The translations under genes were made by a program, and so were the position numbers. Source: the human T2T-CHM13v2.0 reference genome, Homo sapiens. Taken from it: a DNA stretch of 64,000 nucleotides. Under the pieces are notes generated by a model. The model worked only from the letters and a program-made list of their open reading frames with translations. It searched no databases and was not told where the DNA came from. Positions 58,746 through 64,000 of the stretch are shown here, in pieces. Position 1 is the stretch's first letter; each line of letters opens with the position of its first letter. Where the stretch lies: the NCBI RefSeq assembly GCF_009914755.1, contig NC_060933.1. The stretch is one strand, 5' to 3'.

Positions 58746-59240
58746 TGTACTAGTTCCTTGGGCTGCTGTAACAAATCGCCACAAGCTGAGTGCCTTAAAA
58801 CAAACACATTTCTTTTCTACAGTTTTGGAGGTCAGAGGCCCAAAGGGGGCTAAGATCAAGGTGCCGGCAGGGCTGCATTCTTTCTGAAGGCTCTCAGGAG
58901 ACTCATTTTCTTGCCTTCTCCAGTTCCTAGTGGATGCTGGCACTCCTTGGCTGTGGCCCTTTCCAACATCATCAAAGCCAGAAATGGTGGGTCAAGTCCT
59001 CCTCACATCGAATCACTTCAGTCTGCCTCTGACTCTTCTGTTTCCCTCTTCCACACTTAAAGACCCACCTTTAAATTGGCCCACCCGGATAATCCAGGCT
59101 AATCTCCTTATCTTAAATCTCCTTATCTCAGCTGTTTAGCAACCACAACCTCCCTCCCACCACCTTGCCATGTAACATCGTACGGTTCTGGGGGTGAGGA
59201 CGTGGTGGACATCACTGTGGGGCCATCACTCTGCCCCTGG
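58746..59240 (-). mobile_element. MLT1-type MaLR LTR
   Basis: ggctgctgtaacaaat..ccacaa; caaggtgccggcagggctg motifs. Confidence 0.75.
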
Positions 59241-59416
59241 CAGCAGAACACGTATGTTCCCAGCAGATCTGAAACCTGCCCTGCCTGCCTCACAGTTACT
59301 GGAGGGGCCAGTGAGAAATGGGTAAGAACAGCTTTGAAACATGTAATGTGTTGTAGAAATATAAAGGATGGTTTATAATGGTCAGTCAATAATATCCAAT
59401 AATCCTAAACACTCAC

Positions 59417-59533
59417 CAAAATCCAGGCCGTGGCCTCATGGTCAGAAGGGCCCCCTCGCACTTGGACAGCTATATTGACATGGTCCCCAGGCAGCTCCTC
59501 CAGTGCTTGGGTGCCCTCAGGGGACTTCGTGAC
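59417..59533 (-). CDS. IGFBPL1: IGFBPL1 coding exon 3: VTKSPEGTQALEELPGDHVNIAVQVRGGPSDHEATAWIL
   Basis: Acceptor cctgtcccctgtAG and donor TTG|GTGAGT; 117 nt, in frame. LPGD-x-N-IA-x-Q-x-RGGP motif shared with IGFBP7. Not in the supplied ORF track. Confidence 0.96.
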
Positions 59534-60211
59534 CTACAGGGGACAGGAATGCCAGGAGGGGGCTTAGAAAAAGCAATTCTGGATAAAGACCATCCCATAG
59601 GCTTCCTTGCCCTCCTCCTTCCTCCTCCTCCCACTGACTCAAAAACGGAAACCCTAGCACTGCTCATGCCTATGCAAATGACATCAGTCATTTTTTAAAC
59701 CTACTTGTACATATAGACAGCACGCTCTGCCAGACAGCAAAGACCCGAACATCACCACCATCCCACAGAAAGATTCAGAATTTCAACGCCTGTCTCAGGG
59801 CTATTGACATTAAGGGGACAACATTCGCTGTGATCCTTGCCGGTCTCTCAAAAACTGGTCTTTAGAAGATTTGGTTTTGGAATAGGACTGAGTCTTCTGC
59901 CACCAGCCAGGTCTGTCTGAAACACAGCCCCGAAGTGAAGCAGGATACACACACACATGGCCACCGCAGCTGAAGCAGACTGGGTAAAAGCACAGCTTTC
60001 TGGGTCCCTAAGTGGCCAAGGGTGTAAGTGGCACAGGAAGGGTTGCAATGTTCCCTTCCAAGGGGAGAGGTTTGGGGTAGAAGTTTCGAGGCAGAGGAGT
60101 GGTACAGATGATATCTTTTCTTCATCCTCTGGCCCACCTATAAAGGCATATATATATAAACACACTTAAAAGAAAAACATTTTTACCACTCACGTCTGTT
60201 TCTCCCTCTTT

Positions 60212-60213
<2 letters not shown>

Positions 60214-60244
<31 letters not shown>
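60214..60244 (+). repeat. (CA)n, i.e. (UG)n in the pre-mRNA ~30 nt downstream of the IGFBPL1 exon 2 donor
   Basis: Read directly. Confidence 0.9.
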
Positions 60245-60247
<3 letters not shown>

Positions 60248-60273
60248 ATGCATGAGTTCTTGGACAGAAATAC

Positions 60274-60383
60274 CTTTCTCCACGTGATGACTGGGGTAGG
60301 CACAGCCCTCACTTCACAGGACAGGCCCACCTGCGCCCCGGTGACGTTGTGAACACTTCGGGGAGGAACGACGACCACAGGAG
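60274..60383 (-). CDS. IGFBPL1: IGFBPL1 coding exon 2 (start of Ig domain): (A)PVVVVPPRSVHNVTGAQVGLSCEVRAVPTPVITWRK
   Basis: Acceptor tctcctcctcctAG and donor AAG|GTATTT; 110 nt, phase 1 start. Ig B-strand Cys, C-strand Trp and an NVT sequon. IGFBP7-like. Confidence 0.96.
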
Positions 60384-62856
60384 CTAGGAGGAGGAGACAA
60401 GGAGACGCAGCCTTTACCCTGCAGGGTTCCAAGCAACCCACCTCTAAATTCCCCTGCCGCGGAGAGCCCGCTGTGATGTCCTGACATGAGGGGAGCGGCA
60501 CATCACGCTTGGGCAGGAATCCTAAAAGAGAGATTTCCTCAGACCTGGAAAGCTGCCGACCGATCTCCTGATCCAATGATTGTTTTACCAATGGGAAAGC
60601 AGGGGTCCAGAGGGGAAGGGCAACTTCCCAAATTCCCCCAGCACCATCTGTGGCAGAGCTTGGGCCTCAGTGCTCCCTCCCAGGGTCCGTTCCAGGCTCC
60701 GGCTGCCATCTGCTATAGCTCAACCAGGAAAAACGGCAGCCGACTCCTAGAGGGGCTGGTGTCACGCCACCAACGGCAGAGTCTTCTAACAGATGGGCTT
60801 TTCTCCTTCCACGTGGAGGGTGTTAGGAAGAAGAATGCCAGGAAGAACAGCTGCACACACCCTGGAGCTCAATCCCCTGCGGTCCATTCAAGATGCCCAT
60901 TTGCATGCACAGGGTAAAGACTCCCCAGGGCTCCCCCACTCCCTCTGCCTCCCCATCCCCAGAAGCCGACCCAAGCCTGGGCAAATCAGGGAATCAGGGA
61001 AATGTGGTTCTAGACTGCCAGAACATGACGGAGAGGAGAGGGAGGGTATGGGCTCCCTGGACAGGACCCAGTGTTAGATGTTTCAAACTCCTACTCCACA
61101 CTCTGCCTTCCTCCCCATGCCTGGCATCTGCTCTGCTCACACTGGGCTGGAATAATCAAGGCCAGGCGTTTCTACCTGCTCTCACCTGCATTGGACAGCA
61201 ACTCAGCCACCCTGGCATCCAGCACCACAGCGTGTTGGGCAACGTGCAGTGTAGAGGCCTGGCCAGGGAATGCTCCCACCCAGCTGTCATCTATAAGGTG
61301 GGGATCACACCCCTGCTTCCTAGGGCGGTCAGGCTGATCTAACCATGGAATGAGTGAAAAGTGTAAGTTAATGTGATATGCAAGTGAGGGCCAGGAGCAA
61401 AAGGATGACTGGATGAACAAACACATGAGAAATCAAGGAACAAACATGTTCATTTCCAGGCCATCAAACTGCAGAGTCTAGAACTCCTAGGGCTTTGCCT
61501 GGTGACTCAAGGACAGCCCTGTTGTTCTCCACAAGACTGCACCTGGATAAGGCTGCAATACAAAAGGAGAGCAAAGGGAGGAGACAGAAGGCAGGAGGAA
61601 GGAGGTGACGGACAGCGTCGCATCACACCCCAATGCTCAGGAGGATCAGGGTGCAGAAAGGAGACTAGTTTGGCCCCTCCAGACAGACTGGGAAGCAGAC
61701 CCTGTCAAGCCAGTGCCAAAAAATCTCTGGAAAATCGCCTTAGAGCCACAGTCTCAAACTAGAGAGGCTCTTTAGCATCCTGATTCTCTGTGATTCTGTG
61801 CCTGACCACGTATGACATGCTCGCACAGCCTCCATTTGCATGCCTTCAGGGATGGAGAACTCACCACCTACGGAGCCAGGCCATTCTGTCTTTGGAGGGC
61901 TCCACTGGTAAGAAGGTGCATCCTCACCTAGAGCTAAAGCCTGTAACTCCCACCTGTTGATCCTGGGGCTGCCCTCTGGAGCCCCATAGCCCCTGGGTGT
62001 CCCAGCAGCCCACCAGTGAGTTGAATACAGACTGCCCTCCCCATCCCAGGCTGCTTTCCTCCCCCTCTATCTGATCCACCCACTCATTCAGCTGTACCCA
62101 TCTGAGGGCCCTCTGAAGGGTGGTGCCCAACCCATGTGCCTGAATGTAGCCAAAGCCCCGGGAACCAAGATCCTAGATGTCTAACGTTGCCTGACAGCCA
62201 CAGAGAGCCACAACACTGAGCTCTCCGGCAGGAGCCCCATCTGTGATGACAAAGACAGTCTAATTTATTCACATTGTCCCGCCAGCGCCTCCCCAACCAC
62301 ACAAGCGCTGGGATGCCGCCTCCAGGGAAGCCCAAACCAGTGCTCCAGTGGCTCGCTGTGGTGACAGTCAGAAAGACCTGGATACCAAGGGGACTCTCAA
62401 TCAGCCTGGTTTACTTTTGTTCATGTAAAGTCATACATTTTAAATGTGATTTCATCAATCCCTTTCAGGCCTAAATGAGTAAACCAATAAATCACAATTC
62501 ATCTCTCTCTCCTCATGTTTCAGTCTGTCTCTCTAACAACTACAATTAAGAAAGACTGTCTTGGAAATACTGACTTTGTAACTGATTTTGTGGCAAAAAA
62601 TACAAATTCCTTTACAAAAGAAGCCCTGCTTTTTAAAGGGACGTCAAAGCACATTAAAGGGACATTTAAATTTGTATTTATTTATTTATTTATTTTTAAA
62701 TTTACACAAAGCACAATTCGTTCCTTCTGGTGTGCAGTTCTAGGTTTTGACAAATGGATACAGTCATGTAATTACCACTATAGCCAAGATACAGAACAGT
62801 TGTTCTGTGACCTCAAAAAATGTCATGTTGCTCATGCCATAATAATCCGGTTCTAA

Positions 62857-63162
62857 TTTTTTTTTTTTTTTTTGAGGCAGAGTCTCATGTTATCCTCAGA
62901 CTGGAATGAAGTGGCACAATCATAGCTCACTGTAGTCTTGAACTCCAGGGCTCAAGCAATCCTCCTGCCTCAGCCTCTTGAGTAGCTGGGACTACAGGCA
63001 TGCACTACCACGCCCAGATAATTAAAAAAAATTTTTTTTTTTGTAGAGATGGGTCTTGCTATGTTGCTCAGGCTGGTCTTAAACTCCTGGCCTCTAACAA
63101 TCCTCCCATCTTGGCCTTCCAAAGCTCTGGGAATACAGGCATGAGTCACTGTATTCCCAGCC
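62857..63162 (-). mobile_element. AluJ
   Basis: Antisense Alu. Confidence 0.85.
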
Positions 63163-63722
63163 CTGTTTTTAATTTTAACATATTTTAACATATCTGATTT
63201 TAAATTTAAAATATTTTTATCCACAGTAGCTCTTTATAATCAATAATAATAACACTGTTATTATGCTATCAGCTAGCACAGCGCTCGCTGTGTGCTAAGC
63301 ACTCCTCTGCCTACAGGTATTAACTTGTTTATCTCTCCAGCAATCTCACCAGCTGCCAGATGGTGGCGCTGCCCTGGGTTACCGAGCATTAAAGGGTGTA
63401 GTGAGGAGGCTGTGAGCCCAGTGATGTGGCTCCAGATCCCAAGCTCTTCTGAACCACTGTGCTAACACCATCCTGCCTTTTCCCTAGAGGACCCTTCCAC
63501 GTACACCACCCTTTCATCCTCATGGCAGCCCTGTGAGGTAGCTGCTTCCATCCCCATTTCACAGATGAGAAAACCAAGACTCAGAAAGGTAAAGTGCCCA
63601 GAGGAACAGGGACTCAAACCCAGGCACCATGATTCCATTCACTCCCACACTGGTTTCTAAAGTGGAACATTTGTTATCTGTGTGGTCTCCGATCCAGAAT
63701 AAGAGATGAGTTGCTTAGGGAT

Positions 63723-64000
63723 TGTGTTGGGGGATCCCCAAGACAACTCTCTGGTTCAATGATTTCCTAGGAGGACTAGGAGGACTCACAGGACTCAGCA
63801 TTTAGTGGTACTCAGGCTGTGATTTAGTACAGTGAAAGGATTTTCCCATCTGGCAAAATCAGCCAAGGGAAAAAGTCAGGGTTGGGGAAGCAGGCCCAAG
63901 ATGCCAAGAGCCCTCCCCATGGAGTCACAAGCATGTGAAATGCTGTCTACCAGAGAAGCTCAAGAGGGACTTGGCGCCCAGGGTTTTTACTGGGAGCTGG
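63723..64000. mobile_element. MER21-like LTR (runs off the window)
   Basis: tgtgttgggggatccccaagac...ggactcacaggactcagc motif. Confidence 0.6.

Noticed and set aside
60190-60591. 133-aa minus-strand ORF
   Set aside because: Only 60274-60383 is exon; the rest is intronic read-through including the CA repeat.

Overview
Human (primate) genomic DNA recognisable as the 9p13 ALDH1B1/IGFBPL1 locus. The + strand carries the complete ALDH1B1 gene: CpG-island promoter, non-coding exon 1 ending at 38987, one 2.9 kb intron, and an intronless 517-aa CDS at 41929-43482. The - strand carries the 3' half of the convergent IGFBPL1 gene: coding exons 60274-60383, 59417-59533 and 57580-57729, plus a 3'UTR exon at ~52705-55396. 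The rest is repeat-rich: about 20 Alus, MaLR LTRs (MST/MLT), a solo LTR12C, other ERV1-class LTRs, Tigger/MER DNA transposons and L1M fragments. Nearly all ORFs in the supplied track are spurious. The least expected signal is a cluster of short-range templated copies (53-590 bp, direct and inverted, sources 0.4-6.4 kb away), several with microhomology junctions or fold-back scars. This suggests repeated template-switch/Pol-theta-type repair. A spliced, out-of-frame uORF also overlaps the ALDH1B1 start codon. Repeat family names and allele names are recalled from consensus sequences and literature, not from a search.
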